From positions 59,817 to 123,816 of the forward strand of contig BTUM01000013.1 of NCBI GenBank assembly GCA_045863235.1: a DNA stretch of 64,000 nt, read 5' to 3'. The notes beneath the pieces are model-generated. The model saw nothing but the letters and a program-made list of their open reading frames with translations, searched no databases and had not been told where the DNA came from. Numbering within the stretch: the stretch's first letter is position 1; every line of letters starts with the position of its first letter. This DNA is from Candidatus Xenobia bacterium (GTDB lineage Bacteria > Vulcanimicrobiota > Xenobia > Xenobiales > QWHO01). Made by a program: the position numbers and the translations under genes. Shown piece after piece: positions 29,764-39,442 of the stretch.

Positions 29764-30684
29764 GTGTCACAACACGTCCTGATTGTCGGGGGCGGCACGA
29801 TGGGAGTGGGCATCATCGCGACCTTCCTCGCGGGTGGTTGGACGGTCGAGGTTGTCTCCCGCTCGAGTTCGACGCTGGAGAAGTTGCCGGGACAGGTTTC
29901 CCGGGCCTTGGGCGAGATGGGTAAGCCGGCCGACGTCGGCGCTTTGAGAACCTGCGCCGGCCTGGCCGAGGCCACGTGGTCCCGGATCGAGCTTGCGGTC
30001 GAGACGGTCACGGAGGATCTGGCCCTCAAACAGCGCCTGTTCGCCGAGATGGAGCAGCTGGCTCGACCCGAAATCGCGCTGACCTCGAACTCGTCCAGTT
30101 TTCCGATCAGCCGGATTGGCCAGGGCCTGAAAACGCAAAACCGCATGTTGGGCTTGCATTTCTTCATGCCGGCCAACCTGATTCCGCTGGTGGAGGTCGT
30201 CCGCTCGGCGCAGACCGATGTCGCTCTGGCCGAGAGGGTGGGTGATGTCATGAAGGCACTCGGCAAGCGTCCGGTTCAGGTGAAGAGGGACGTAATTGGG
30301 TTTCTGGCCAACCGGATGCAAGACGCCCTGATGCGCGAGGCTCTCTGGCTGATCGATCAGGACATCGCCTCGGCCGAAGACGTCGATGCGACGGTGCGCT
30401 TGAGCTTTGGTTTTCGCTATGCCGCCGCCGGTCCGATCATGCAGAAAGAGCACTCCGGTTGGGACACGACCTGTGCGGGCGCCAGGATGATCTGGCCGGA
30501 TCTGTGCAATGCCTCGGAGCCGCCTGCGATGTTGGTGCGCCAGGTACAGGAAGGGCACCTTGGCTTCAAGACGGGGAGAGGCTTCTTCACCTGGGACGAG
30601 CCCTCGATCACACAGGAAAACGCCCGCTATGAGCGAGCCCTGCTCAAGTGCCTGGAGATCTTCCGCGAGGAGGGGATCGTCTAA
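29764..30684 (+). CDS. 3-hydroxyacyl-CoA dehydrogenase family protein
   Basis: GGGTMG, ETVTEDLALK, SNSSS, GLHFF…PLVE, GFLANR. Confidence 0.93.
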   Translation: MSQHVLIVGGGTMGVGIIATFLAGGWTVEVVSRSSSTLEKLPGQVSRALGEMGKPADVGALRTCAGLAEATWSRIELAVETVTEDLALKQRLFAEMEQLARPEIALTSNSSSFPISRIGQGLKTQNRMLGLHFFMPANLIPLVEVVRSAQTDVALAERVGDVMKALGKRPVQVKRDVIGFLANRMQDALMREALWLIDQDIASAEDVDATVRLSFGFRYAAAGPIMQKEHSGWDTTCAGARMIWPDLCNASEPPAMLVRQVQEGHLGFKTGRGFFTWDEPSITQENARYERALLKCLEIFREEGIV

Positions 30685-31010
30685 TTGCTGGACGCCCTTC
30701 CAACTGGCCCGGCGTGTCCTTCTGAGCGCCAACTCGGCGCAGAAGAGGCAGCCTGGCGGCGGAAAGTTCGTCCTGCGCACCGCCACGGATTTCCCCGCCG
30801 TCCCTACTGCATTGAAGGCTGGGTATCCATCTTTATGGATATGTCTGGATTGACCTTCAGTTGCTTGCTCGCGTGTTCTGATGGTCGAACTCGAAGAAGA
30901 ACGACCAGATTGGTGATCTGGGGTACCGAACAAGCGTGCATTCGGGCACTGAGCGTGCCCGCATCGAGAGCTAGACTGGGAGCATCCCAACGACACGGAG
31001 GTATCCCAGA

Positions 31011-31499
31011 ATGTGCCAACGACTCACCCTGATTGCCCTCTCCCTTGTGCTGCTGGCTTTGCCAGCGCCGGCCCAGACGCTGAACATGGACTTCAGCTGG
31101 GGCATCCAGAGCCAGCAAGCGGCCTGGGACTACGGTCAGTGGGCCGCCGCCAACGCGGCTCAGAACTGGTATGACCAGGTGCAGGCTTACCGCCAGGCCA
31201 CCGGCTACACGGGCTTCATCCCCGGGCCGGTTTCGCAAGCCCAGCTTCAGAGCTCGATTCGCGAGATGAACCAGGCTTTCGACCGCTACAACCAGCTCTA
31301 CGATGAGACCCCCTCCTCGCGCTACGCTGAGCAGGCGATCATGAACCAGTCGACCTGGGTCAATCCTGGCACCGGCCAGGAGTACTGGCTGCCCACCGAC
31401 CACGATCAGTACAGCGTTAGCCCTGACGGCACGGTGTGGAGCGGGCCTTACGCACCGGGCGGCTCCACCCTGTGGACCCCGCTCACTCCCGCCTGGTAG
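31011..31499 (+). CDS. Secreted Gln/Trp/Tyr-rich hypothetical protein
   Basis: Signal peptide ending PAPA-Q; GGAGG upstream. Confidence 0.75.
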   Translation: MCQRLTLIALSLVLLALPAPAQTLNMDFSWGIQSQQAAWDYGQWAAANAAQNWYDQVQAYRQATGYTGFIPGPVSQAQLQSSIREMNQAFDRYNQLYDETPSSRYAEQAIMNQSTWVNPGTGQEYWLPTDHDQYSVSPDGTVWSGPYAPGGSTLWTPLTPAW

Positions 31500-31640
31500 C
31501 ACACCCGGTTGGGGCGCCCAGATCGGGACATCCGCTCGAGCAGGGCGCCCCATTTCAGGGTGGTGGTCGCGCCCGAGCAAGGCGGGTTTATTCCTAGCCA
31601 CGCTTGACTCGAGGATCCGTAGGTGACTATTATGACTATA

Positions 31641-31895
31641 ATGACCAGAAAAGAAACGTGGACCGTGGCCGAAGCCAAAGCCCATCTGAGTGAACTGCTC
31701 GAGAGAGCTGCCAGCGAGCCACAGGTCATTACGCGCCGGGGGCGCCGCGCGGCAGTGGTCGTCTCAGTCGAGGAGTGGGAACGAAAAACCAGACGCGTGG
31801 GCAGTCTGGCCGAGTTTTTTGCCGGCTCACCCCTGCGCGAGGGACCGCTCGAGGTGGAGCGCTGGCCCGATCCGTTGCGCGAGCCCGAGTTGTGA
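31641..31895 (+). CDS. Phd/YefM antitoxin
   Basis: VAEAKAHLSELL…EPQVITRRGRRAAVVVS. Confidence 0.9.
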   Translation: MTRKETWTVAEAKAHLSELLERAASEPQVITRRGRRAAVVVSVEEWERKTRRVGSLAEFFAGSPLREGPLEVERWPDPLREPEL

Positions 31896-32308
31896 GCTTT
31901 CTGCTGGATACCAACGTCCTCTCCGAGTGGCAGAAAGAGCGTCCCAACGCCGGCGTGGTGCGATGGTTGCACGAAGTGGACGAGGACCGGGTCTACCTCA
32001 GCGTGGTGACCCTGGCTGAGCTTCGGTTCGGAGTCCAGCGACTGGCAGGGGGCAGACGGCGTCAACGGCTGGAAGCCTGGCTCACCGATGACTTGCCAGC
32101 TCGCTTCGAGGCTCGCCTTCTGGCAGTCGATGCCTCTATCGCCGACGACTGGGGTCGCCTGATGGCCGACCGAGCGGCTAAGGGGCGCCCTGCTGGCGCC
32201 ATGGACGGGCTGCTGGGGGCCACTGCGCGAGTCCATTCTTTGACGGTGGTGACGCGCAACAAGGCTCACTTTGCTCCCGATGTCACCGTGCACAACCCCT
32301 GGACCTGA
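31892..32308 (+). CDS. vapC: VapC PIN-domain toxin
   Basis: FLLDTNVLSE, SVVTLAELRFG, DGLLGATA, VTRN; GTGA overlap with the antitoxin. Confidence 0.92.
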   Translation: MSFLLDTNVLSEWQKERPNAGVVRWLHEVDEDRVYLSVVTLAELRFGVQRLAGGRRRQRLEAWLTDDLPARFEARLLAVDASIADDWGRLMADRAAKGRPAGAMDGLLGATARVHSLTVVTRNKAHFAPDVTVHNPWT

Positions 32309-32375
32309 TTTCAGCATCCTTTCAGCCCGGGTGTGCAAAGTAGGGACGCAAATCTTCCCAGGGGGTCCACCACCA

Positions 32376-32939
32376 ATGCTCGTCCAGCCCGCCGCTTTCA
32401 ACCAGCTTCCCGTCCGCGCCAGCGCTTCCAATCCCGCTCCGGCCAACCCGCCGAGCGCGCCGGCCGATGCCATCGATCTGTCGGGTCTGACCGGCCTTCC
32501 CAAGGTGCTTCAGAAGACCGGAGAGGGCCTGGCCAAGATCGGCGGCTGGGGCGGGGCGGCCCTTGGCGCCGGGTTGGGCGTGGTGGCTCAGGGTGGGCTG
32601 AGCGGCGGCTGGTTGATGCCGGCCCTGTCGGCTTTCATCATCGGCACGGATGCGGCCAAGGCCAGGCGTGGCCAGGAGACGCTCGAGCAGGGCGCCGGCG
32701 CGGTGGTCAATGCCTTCCGCAATCGCCAGGAGTTCACCCCCGCTCGCGGGGCTGCCTCGGCCCTGACGGTCTGTGCCTGCGTGGCCGAGCTGGCTACCGG
32801 CTATGCAATCGCCGGATTGCCTGGAATGTTCGTGGCCATGCCGGCCATGCTGGGGACCGCCTTCCTGATGGGACGCGCCGCCGGGCAGGTGGAGGAAGCC
32901 GTCCTGGGTCAGGCCCTCCAGAAGCAGCTTCAGCCCTGA
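32376..32939 (+). CDS. Hypothetical Gly/Ala-rich membrane protein
   Basis: Pro-rich N-terminus followed by glycine-zipper-like helices. Confidence 0.6.
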   Translation: MLVQPAAFNQLPVRASASNPAPANPPSAPADAIDLSGLTGLPKVLQKTGEGLAKIGGWGGAALGAGLGVVAQGGLSGGWLMPALSAFIIGTDAAKARRGQETLEQGAGAVVNAFRNRQEFTPARGAASALTVCACVAELATGYAIAGLPGMFVAMPAMLGTAFLMGRAAGQVEEAVLGQALQKQLQP

Positions 32940-33019
32940 GGAACCCCTCAATTTCTGCTTCCCGCGCGGGCTCCGAACTCCGCCTGCCCAGTTCGCGGCT
33001 GTGCCGGTAAAGTAGCCTG

Positions 33020-33553
33020 CTATTCAGGCAGACGGAAAGAGGCCACCACGTATTCGAAGGCCGCCAGGCTGTCGTTGAGCAGCTCCGGCTTGCTGTAAAG
33101 CGCGATCGTGACCACCCGCCGGGGTGGCACCGCAATGAAGGCCACCTGGCCCGCGAAGCCGCTCTTGCGCAGGGTGGTGAAGGCAATGACTCTGGCGACA
33201 AGACCGCTCTCGGTGTTCAGATCGGGCAGGTCGGAAAACTTCGTAGACGGGCTGTCCACCTTGTAGCTCTGCCGCGCCTGCTCGATGTGCTGCTCGAAGG
33301 TTTCCTGCTCTCCCAGTGTGCCCCCGTGGGCATAGATCTTCACCTTGGCCGACTTTTCCACCGAGCCGCGCGGATAGATGGCCAGCTCGCCTCCGGACTC
33401 GGCCAGGCTCTCGTCGTCGAAGATCCAGCCCTCGGGCGCCTTCAGGCGGTACTGGTCCTGGTGGAACAGACCCTCGCCGCCTTCCTCGCGTTTGGCCGGG
33501 GCCACCAGGCCCAGGCTCAGGACCAGCAGCAGGGCAACCAGGCGTTCTTTCAT
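33020..33553 (-). CDS. Exported PsbP/DcrB-like protein
   Basis: Signal peptide MKERLVALLLVLSLGLVAPA; LKAPEGW…FEYVVASFR. Confidence 0.65.
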   Translation of the reverse strand: MKERLVALLLVLSLGLVAPAKREEGGEGLFHQDQYRLKAPEGWIFDDESLAESGGELAIYPRGSVEKSAKVKIYAHGGTLGEQETFEQHIEQARQSYKVDSPSTKFSDLPDLNTESGLVARVIAFTTLRKSGFAGQVAFIAVPPRRVVTIALYSKPELLNDSLAAFEYVVASFRLPE

Positions 33554-33573
33554 GAGCAATCCCCCCTCCAGCT

Positions 33574-35433
33574 TCAAGGTTGGACGTCCTGAGGCAGTGC
33601 GTAGAGGGTATCCAGCCTCTTCATCTGGTGCTCGATGATGTCCACCTCCTGGGCGTTCATGTTGATCCGTGCATACAGCTTGACCTTGTCGAACGACTTC
33701 TGCACCCTCACGAACTCGTCGCGGGTGGTCTCGAGAGTCGCCTTCGGGTCATTCCAGGCCGTCTCGAACTGGCGGGCCTTCTCCATGAAGCTGCCCGGCA
33801 TGTTCGGGCTCATCTGCCACTCGGGCCCGGCCGGCAGAGGCGTGAAGGTGTAGAGGCGCTCAGCGCTCATGCGCAGCCAGCGTGCCTCGCGGCGCATGTC
33901 CTGCAGCTCGATCTGGGCCCAGGCGAGGCAGCTCAACATGAGCACCAGCAGCACGCTCACCCATGCGCGCGAGCGCTCCACCGCCCGCTTCCAACCTTCG
34001 AGCAGGGCCTTGCGGTCGCCCGGTGAGGGCTCAAAGACCCGCTCCACCTGGCGCCGGGCCCCGATCTCCTCGGTGCTGCCGAATACGCCGGCGCCCAGCC
34101 CGGCCAGGCAGCCGGCTCCCAGGGCCGTGGACTCGATATGGCGCGGACGTTCCACGGCCACGTCCAGGACGTCAGCTTGAAATTGCATCAGGAAGTCGTT
34201 GGCGCACATCCCTCCGTCCACCCGCAGGCGGGCGGGGGACTGACCGGCGTCGGCGGCCATCGCCTCCACCACGTCGCGGGTCTGGTAAGCCACCGACTCC
34301 AGGGTGGCCCGCACCAGGTGCTCGCGGCGGGTGCCCCGGGTCAGGCCGACCAGCGTCCCCCGGGCGAACGGGTCCCAGTAGGGCGCGCCGAGCCCGGTGA
34401 AGGCCGGGACCAGGTAGACCCCCTGGCTGTCGGCCACCCCTCGAGCCAGCTCTTCGCTCTCGGCGGCCGTCTTGAGCAGGCCCAGCCCGTCGCGCAGCCA
34501 CTGCACCGCCGAGCCGGCCGAGAAGACGCTGCCCTCCAGGGCATACTCCACCCCCGCGCTGGTCTGCCAGGCCACCGTGGTCAACAGGCGATGCCTGGAG
34601 AGCACGGGCTTTGTGCCGGTGTGCTGCACCAGGAAGCAGCCCGTGCCGTAGGTGTTCTTGACCTGACCCGGCTCAAAACAGGCCTGTCCGAACAGGGCCG
34701 CCTGCTGGTCGCCGGCCATGCCCGTGATGGGGATCTCGCGACCCAGAATGCCTCTGGCCATCACCCCGAAGTGCCCAGCGCTGGGCCGCACCTCGGGGAG
34801 GATGCTCATGGGGATCTGCCAGCGCTGGCAGAGATCCTCATCCCACTTCAGGGTGTTCAGGTTGTAGAGCATGGTGCGCGAGGCGTTGGAAGGCTCGGTG
34901 GCGTGGACGCGTCCCTCGGTGAGCTGCCAGAGCAGCCAGGTATCCACTGTGCCGAAGGCGATCGAGCCAGCCTGGCAGCGCTCGCGCAGGCCCTCGACGT
35001 GCTCGAGCATCCAGGCTACCTTGGAGGCTGAGAAGTAGGCGTCAGGGATCAGCCCGGTGCGCCGCTGGATCTCCTCGTCTGGCAGCTGGCTGCGCCACCC
35101 CTCCACGATGTCGGCGCTGCGCCGGCACTGCCAGACAATGGCATGATGCACCGGCAGGCCGGTCTCTCGGTCCCACAGCAGGGTGGTTTCGCGCTGGTTG
35201 GTCAGCCCCAGCGCGGCCACCCGCTCCAGGTCGACCCCCTGCACCACCTCGCGCAGCGTATCCAGGCTGGTCTGCCAGAGGTCTTCCGGCCGATGGCTGA
35301 CCCAGCCCGCTCGGGGATAGATCTGCTCGAACTCGCGGTAGGCCCGGGCCAGAATGTCCAGGTTCAGGTCGAGCAGCAAGCAGGTGGTGCCGGTGGTTCC
35401 CTGGTCGAGTGCCAGCAGCAGGTCTTGAGGCAT
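33574..35433 (-). CDS. glpK: Glycerol kinase, read through in frame into a ~128-aa secreted-type protein
   Basis: LALDQGTT, TNQRETT, YFSASK, GDQQAALFGQ, KNTYGTG, YALEGS, GLGAPYWD, WKRAVERS. Confidence 0.93.
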   Translation of the reverse strand: MPQDLLLALDQGTTGTTCLLLDLNLDILARAYREFEQIYPRAGWVSHRPEDLWQTSLDTLREVVQGVDLERVAALGLTNQRETTLLWDRETGLPVHHAIVWQCRRSADIVEGWRSQLPDEEIQRRTGLIPDAYFSASKVAWMLEHVEGLRERCQAGSIAFGTVDTWLLWQLTEGRVHATEPSNASRTMLYNLNTLKWDEDLCQRWQIPMSILPEVRPSAGHFGVMARGILGREIPITGMAGDQQAALFGQACFEPGQVKNTYGTGCFLVQHTGTKPVLSRHRLLTTVAWQTSAGVEYALEGSVFSAGSAVQWLRDGLGLLKTAAESEELARGVADSQGVYLVPAFTGLGAPYWDPFARGTLVGLTRGTRREHLVRATLESVAYQTRDVVEAMAADAGQSPARLRVDGGMCANDFLMQFQADVLDVAVERPRHIESTALGAGCLAGLGAGVFGSTEEIGARRQVERVFEPSPGDRKALLEGWKRAVERSRAWVSVLLVLMLSCLAWAQIELQDMRREARWLRMSAERLYTFTPLPAGPEWQMSPNMPGSFMEKARQFETAWNDPKATLETTRDEFVRVQKSFDKVKLYARINMNAQEVDIIEHQMKRLDTLYALPQDVQP

Positions 35434-35494
35434 GCCAGAGCCTTTCGAAAAAGGTCCGAGGAATCCATTCCCGCTCCGAGAATCGTGGCCGGCG

Positions 35495-36016
35495 ATGGTA
35501 TGGCCGGCTCTCGTGATTGTCCTGGCGATGGTGGTGGCCCTGATCGTCATGGGCCAGCCCCTGTGGTGCGAATGCGGAGCGTGGGCGCCCTGGTCGGACG
35601 ACATTCACTCGGTCCACAACTCCCAGCACCTGGTGGACCCCTACTTCTTCACCCACATCCTGCACGGGGTCTTGTTCTATGCCCTGCTCAAGCTGCTCTG
35701 GCCACGCCTGGCATTGGTTCGACGTTTCTGGCTGGCTTTGAGCCTGGAAGCGGTGTGGGAGCTGGTCGAGAACAGCGACATCGTGGTCGAGCGCTTCCGC
35801 CAGACCACCGTCTCGCTGCACTACCACGGCGACAGCATCGCCAACTCGGTGGGGGACCTGCTGGCCTGCGCGGCCGGGTTCGGGGCGGCGGCCAGTCTGC
35901 CCGTTTGGGGCTCGCTGGCCCTGGTTCTGGGCACCGAGCTGATGCTCTATCTGTGGATCAAGGACAGCCTGTTCCTGGTTATCTGGGCGCTGATTTTTCC
36001 CGAGAAGCCTCAGTAG
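35495..36016 (+). CDS. DUF2585-like membrane protein
   Basis: CECG…W, HNSQHLVDPYFFTHILHG, WELVENS, YHGDSIANS. Confidence 0.8.
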   Translation: MVWPALVIVLAMVVALIVMGQPLWCECGAWAPWSDDIHSVHNSQHLVDPYFFTHILHGVLFYALLKLLWPRLALVRRFWLALSLEAVWELVENSDIVVERFRQTTVSLHYHGDSIANSVGDLLACAAGFGAAASLPVWGSLALVLGTELMLYLWIKDSLFLVIWALIFPEKPQ

Positions 36017-38016
36017 CCGGTCGCATACTGGAAGTGATGGGCGTCGTTGGGGAGCTGCTGGAAACCGTGGCTCTTCAAGATCTCGGCGATCTGGCGGAAT
36101 TTCTGCGAGGTCTGGGCGGGCGAGGTCCCAAAGGGATACCGGTCGGCGTTGAGGTCGAAGGAGATGCCCCAGGAATGGGTACTGAGGCCCTTGCTCTTGC
36201 CCTTCTTGGGGCGGTGGCTGTAGGAGCCGTCGAAGCTCTGGATCTCGCTTGACAGTCCCTGGCGCTTGATCTCATCGAAGGCCTGCTTGAACTGGTCGGC
36301 CACTTTGGTGTGCATGCTGACGGGAATCTCCTTGCCCCCGGGGCCGGCGGCGGCCCGCACCGAGCGCAGATTCTTGGAGCCTGCCGCTCCAAAGGTCTGC
36401 ATGATACCGCGCAGCCCGTGGGGTACGGGAAGCTTGTTGGCCGGGCCGACCGCCTCGGTTCCCTGAGTCTGCGTCTGGGTCTGGCCGACCGGCTGCACCT
36501 GCGTGGCTCCCCCGACTGTTGAGGCGCCGGTCTCGCCGGCCTTGCGCTCCTGGTCGGCCTGCTGGGTCCCGGTCAGCTGCTGCACCCGCTGGGTGAGCTT
36601 CTCGGGAGTCAGGTCGGCCGCCGAAGGGCGCTTCTCGCCCCGGCTGCCGGGGAAGACCCGGTACTCCACGCCCGAGGGAACGCCGCCCGTGGTCGGGCTG
36701 GCGGGAATGCCCAGCTGCAGGGCGGCGTTACGCGAGAGCTCGCCGATGCGGTGCCTGGGCCCCACGTCGGCGAAGACGGCCGCAATGCTCTTGCCTTTGT
36801 AGCTGATCATGCCCAGGTCGCCCACTTTGGCCCCCATCTGTTTGGCCACCTGCGGCGGAAGCACGTAGTAAGGAACTTTGTCGGCGTTGGGATACTTGGG
36901 GTCGCCCTTGAGGTTGAGCGAGGTCTGGCTCTGAGCGTGGGGGTCGCCATACTTGGGTCCCGAGCCGTCCACGTCGATGCTGGCACCGGCCTTGAAGCTG
37001 TAGGATCCGTCCGGGTTCCGCTGGGCACTCTGCAGAGTGGAGAGACGGCCCAGATTGACTTTCTCGCCCCCGGCCGGGGTGGTGGGCGGCAGTCCGGTGC
37101 GGGAGTCGGCCTGCTGCTGTTGACCCTGAGTCTGTGCGCTGCCTTCGGGGGGACGCACCGACATGTTGGTCTCGGGAGGCCGGACCGACATGTTGGTCTC
37201 CGGGGGCCGCACCGACATGTTGGCGGGCGGCTTCTGGCCCAGGGTCAGGCGATTCGACCCGGTCTGGCGGGCGGGCTCTACCGCCGTGGTCTCGGGCGGC
37301 CTCTGGGTCTGCTGACTCTGGGTGGCCGGCGGGGCGGGCTGCTGCATCCGGTTGAGGGCTTCCTGGGTCTCCGGGCCTACGATGCCGTCGATCATCTTGA
37401 GCTTCTGCTTGCGCTGGAAGTCGCGCACGGCCCGGGAGGTATCCCGCCCCATGATGCCGTCGGTCTCGAGCCGGGCCCCGTTCTTGTTGAGCATCTCCTG
37501 AAGCTGCTTGACCTTGGAGCCCTCCGAGCCTTTGGCCCGCGAGAGCAGCTCTCCCTTGTCGAGCTGCAGCCCCTGGCTGGAGGCCCGCTCCACCAGGCGG
37601 GCTTCCTCGCTGCCGGGCCTGGGCTCGCTCCTGCCGGCTCCCGGGGCGTCCGCCGCTGCGTTGCCATTCCTGCCGTCCAGGCCCCAGGTGGAGAAGTTGA
37701 CGGGGGACGGAGTGGGCTCGGCTCCCTGAGCGCTGCGGGCCTCCTCACTGATGTGGGTCTGGTCTTTCTCGCGCTCGCTGCCGGCGGTTCGGCTGGTCGG
37801 CTCCGTAGCCGTCCGATTGTCCACCCGGCGGGTTGGCTCGGCGGAGCCGGTGCGGCTCAGGCTGTTGCCGTTGCTTGTCCCGGTGGCCCGATTTGCGGCT
37901 GTGTTGCTGCTGCTTCCACTTTGAGAAGGGCTGGATGTGCTGCGGCTGGGCGTGCTCGAGCGTGAGGGAGCGGGACGCGAGCTGACCGAGGATGTCTTGC
38001 GGGTGGTGGTGGACAT
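36010..38016 (-). CDS. Multidomain cell-wall hydrolase: Ser/Thr-rich N-terminus, PG-binding domain, GH75 chitosanase-like domain, M15 peptidase
   Basis: VKQLQEML…DGIMG…AVRDFQ…DGIVGPET; IDVDGSG…NADKVPYYVLP…AVFADVGP…GELS; LSTHSWGISFDLN…DAHHFQ. Confidence 0.85.
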   Translation of the reverse strand: MSTTTRKTSSVSSRPAPSRSSTPSRSTSSPSQSGSSSNTAANRATGTSNGNSLSRTGSAEPTRRVDNRTATEPTSRTAGSEREKDQTHISEEARSAQGAEPTPSPVNFSTWGLDGRNGNAAADAPGAGRSEPRPGSEEARLVERASSQGLQLDKGELLSRAKGSEGSKVKQLQEMLNKNGARLETDGIMGRDTSRAVRDFQRKQKLKMIDGIVGPETQEALNRMQQPAPPATQSQQTQRPPETTAVEPARQTGSNRLTLGQKPPANMSVRPPETNMSVRPPETNMSVRPPEGSAQTQGQQQQADSRTGLPPTTPAGGEKVNLGRLSTLQSAQRNPDGSYSFKAGASIDVDGSGPKYGDPHAQSQTSLNLKGDPKYPNADKVPYYVLPPQVAKQMGAKVGDLGMISYKGKSIAAVFADVGPRHRIGELSRNAALQLGIPASPTTGGVPSGVEYRVFPGSRGEKRPSAADLTPEKLTQRVQQLTGTQQADQERKAGETGASTVGGATQVQPVGQTQTQTQGTEAVGPANKLPVPHGLRGIMQTFGAAGSKNLRSVRAAAGPGGKEIPVSMHTKVADQFKQAFDEIKRQGLSSEIQSFDGSYSHRPKKGKSKGLSTHSWGISFDLNADRYPFGTSPAQTSQKFRQIAEILKSHGFQQLPNDAHHFQYATGY
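37144..37221 (-). repeat. 27-bp intragenic tandem repeat x3 (NMSVRPPET)
   Basis: ACCGACATGTT recurs at 37157, 37184 and 37211. Confidence 0.9.
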
Positions 38017-38209
38017 CGGGCGACCTCCGGGCTTGGATACTCTTAAGCCCTACTGTAGCTGCCCGGTTGGCAACATGGCCGTTACATTTCGGCAAACAAT
38101 GTTGCAAAGATGAACATCGTGTAAACGTGTTTTACTTGTTCTTAACAATCGAGCCCGGTACGGTGCCTGACCGGGTTATCCCCCCGGGTCAACCCCGGTC
38201 TAGGGTCCG

Positions 38210-38233
38210 GGAGCGGTTTTTTTTGACCGCTCC
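38210..38233. terminator. Hairpin downstream of the 38249-39073 gene
   Basis: GGAGCGGT-N8-ACCGCTCC. Confidence 0.5.
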
Positions 38234-38248
38234 TGTCGTCGCAGAGAT

Positions 38249-39073
38249 TTACCGACCGTCGCTGAAAAGCTTGTTGTAGCCATGACGGGCGGCCAGAGCG
38301 GCTCCGATGCCCAGGGCCGCTCCCAGCAGGGCCGGGCCGGGAACCAGGGTGGAGACAGCCACCGCCACGCCGGTGGTGACCGCCCCGCGGCCGATCCCCC
38401 GCAGAGCCTGGCCCACTGAGCCGTCCTGACGCAGGCGCGAGATGGCTTTGCCGGTGGCCACCAGACCGACTCCGAGCAGCAGCGGGTTGGCCGAGAGCAC
38501 CGCCGCCGCCGTCATGGTGGTGGCCATTTCGGCCAGCCGCTCTCCCTCCAGCTTCTTCCAGCCCAGAGCCAGGGGGATCACGCCCAGCCCGGCTCCGAGT
38601 ACCTCGGGAGCGTTGAAGGTCAGCATGTCGCCCAGATAGCGCGTGCTGACTCCGAGCGTATCGGCCATTCCCCGCAGCGTATCCATCTTCATGGTGAAAA
38701 ATGGGATGCCCGAAACCGAGCACGTATCCCGGGCCAGGTGTTCGAGAGCCCCTCCGGTGGCGCTCAGGAACGAGTCGTCCGGGCGTGCCTGATGAGCTGC
38801 TCGCAAGGCGCCCCAGAGGGTGTGGTTGCCGTCCACGATGTGGTGGAACATCGAGCCGCCCACGTGGGTCTGGTTGTAGACCGCGTCGATGGCGGTGTCA
38901 TAGATGTTGTGGTTGTGGTTGAAGGCTCGGGCCGCCTCGCGCGCTATGACGTCGGAAAGCTCGGTAGCCAGAGCGGCATTGCCAAGGCTGGCGACCGCCC
39001 CGGCTCCATCGGCAGCGCGGCTGGCCAGACCGGGAGGCGTGCTCGGTCTGGCTCCGATCCCGTGAACGTGCAT
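38249..39073 (-). CDS. Hypothetical membrane protein
   Basis: YDTAIDAVY…GGSMFHHIVDGNHTLWGA domain plus Gly-rich TM helices. Confidence 0.65.
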   Translation of the reverse strand: MHVHGIGARPSTPPGLASRAADGAGAVASLGNAALATELSDVIAREAARAFNHNHNIYDTAIDAVYNQTHVGGSMFHHIVDGNHTLWGALRAAHQARPDDSFLSATGGALEHLARDTCSVSGIPFFTMKMDTLRGMADTLGVSTRYLGDMLTFNAPEVLGAGLGVIPLALGWKKLEGERLAEMATTMTAAAVLSANPLLLGVGLVATGKAISRLRQDGSVGQALRGIGRGAVTTGVAVAVSTLVPGPALLGAALGIGAALAARHGYNKLFSDGR

Positions 39074-39164
39074 GCTCAGAGCCTGCCATTGAGGGCGGAA
39101 AAAAATCTGACGCGACCTCACGCGGCGGGCGGGTGAGCGTTCGCCGCAGCGTTGCTCGTGCAGG

Positions 39165-39320
39165 CTACTCGCCCGTGAGCAGCCGTAACGACCAGAGCAA
39201 CCGTTCGAGTTCCCTATCTTTGCGCCGTTTGTCCCGGCGCAGCGAGCTCAGCAGCCTCCACAGCTCGCGCTCGGTGCGGCCAGACTTGCGGTACCTCTGG
39301 ATGTGGATGATCTTTCGCAT
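39165..39320 (-). CDS. Small basic protein (51 aa), below the ORF-track cutoff
   Basis: MRKIIHIQRYRKSGRTERELWRLLSSLRRDKRRKDRELERLLWSLRLLTGE*; internal repeat; fills an intergenic gap. Confidence 0.5.
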   Translation of the reverse strand: MRKIIHIQRYRKSGRTERELWRLLSSLRRDKRRKDRELERLLWSLRLLTGE

Positions 39321-39442
39321 GACCTGATCTTGCCAGCCGTCTGTAAACGACTCGTTGCCAACTGCTTGCCGCGATGCTGCCGCGATCTTGCCGGATTATG
39401 AACCAGAAGGAGGGGGTCCTGCGCCCCCCGTATAGGGCACAG

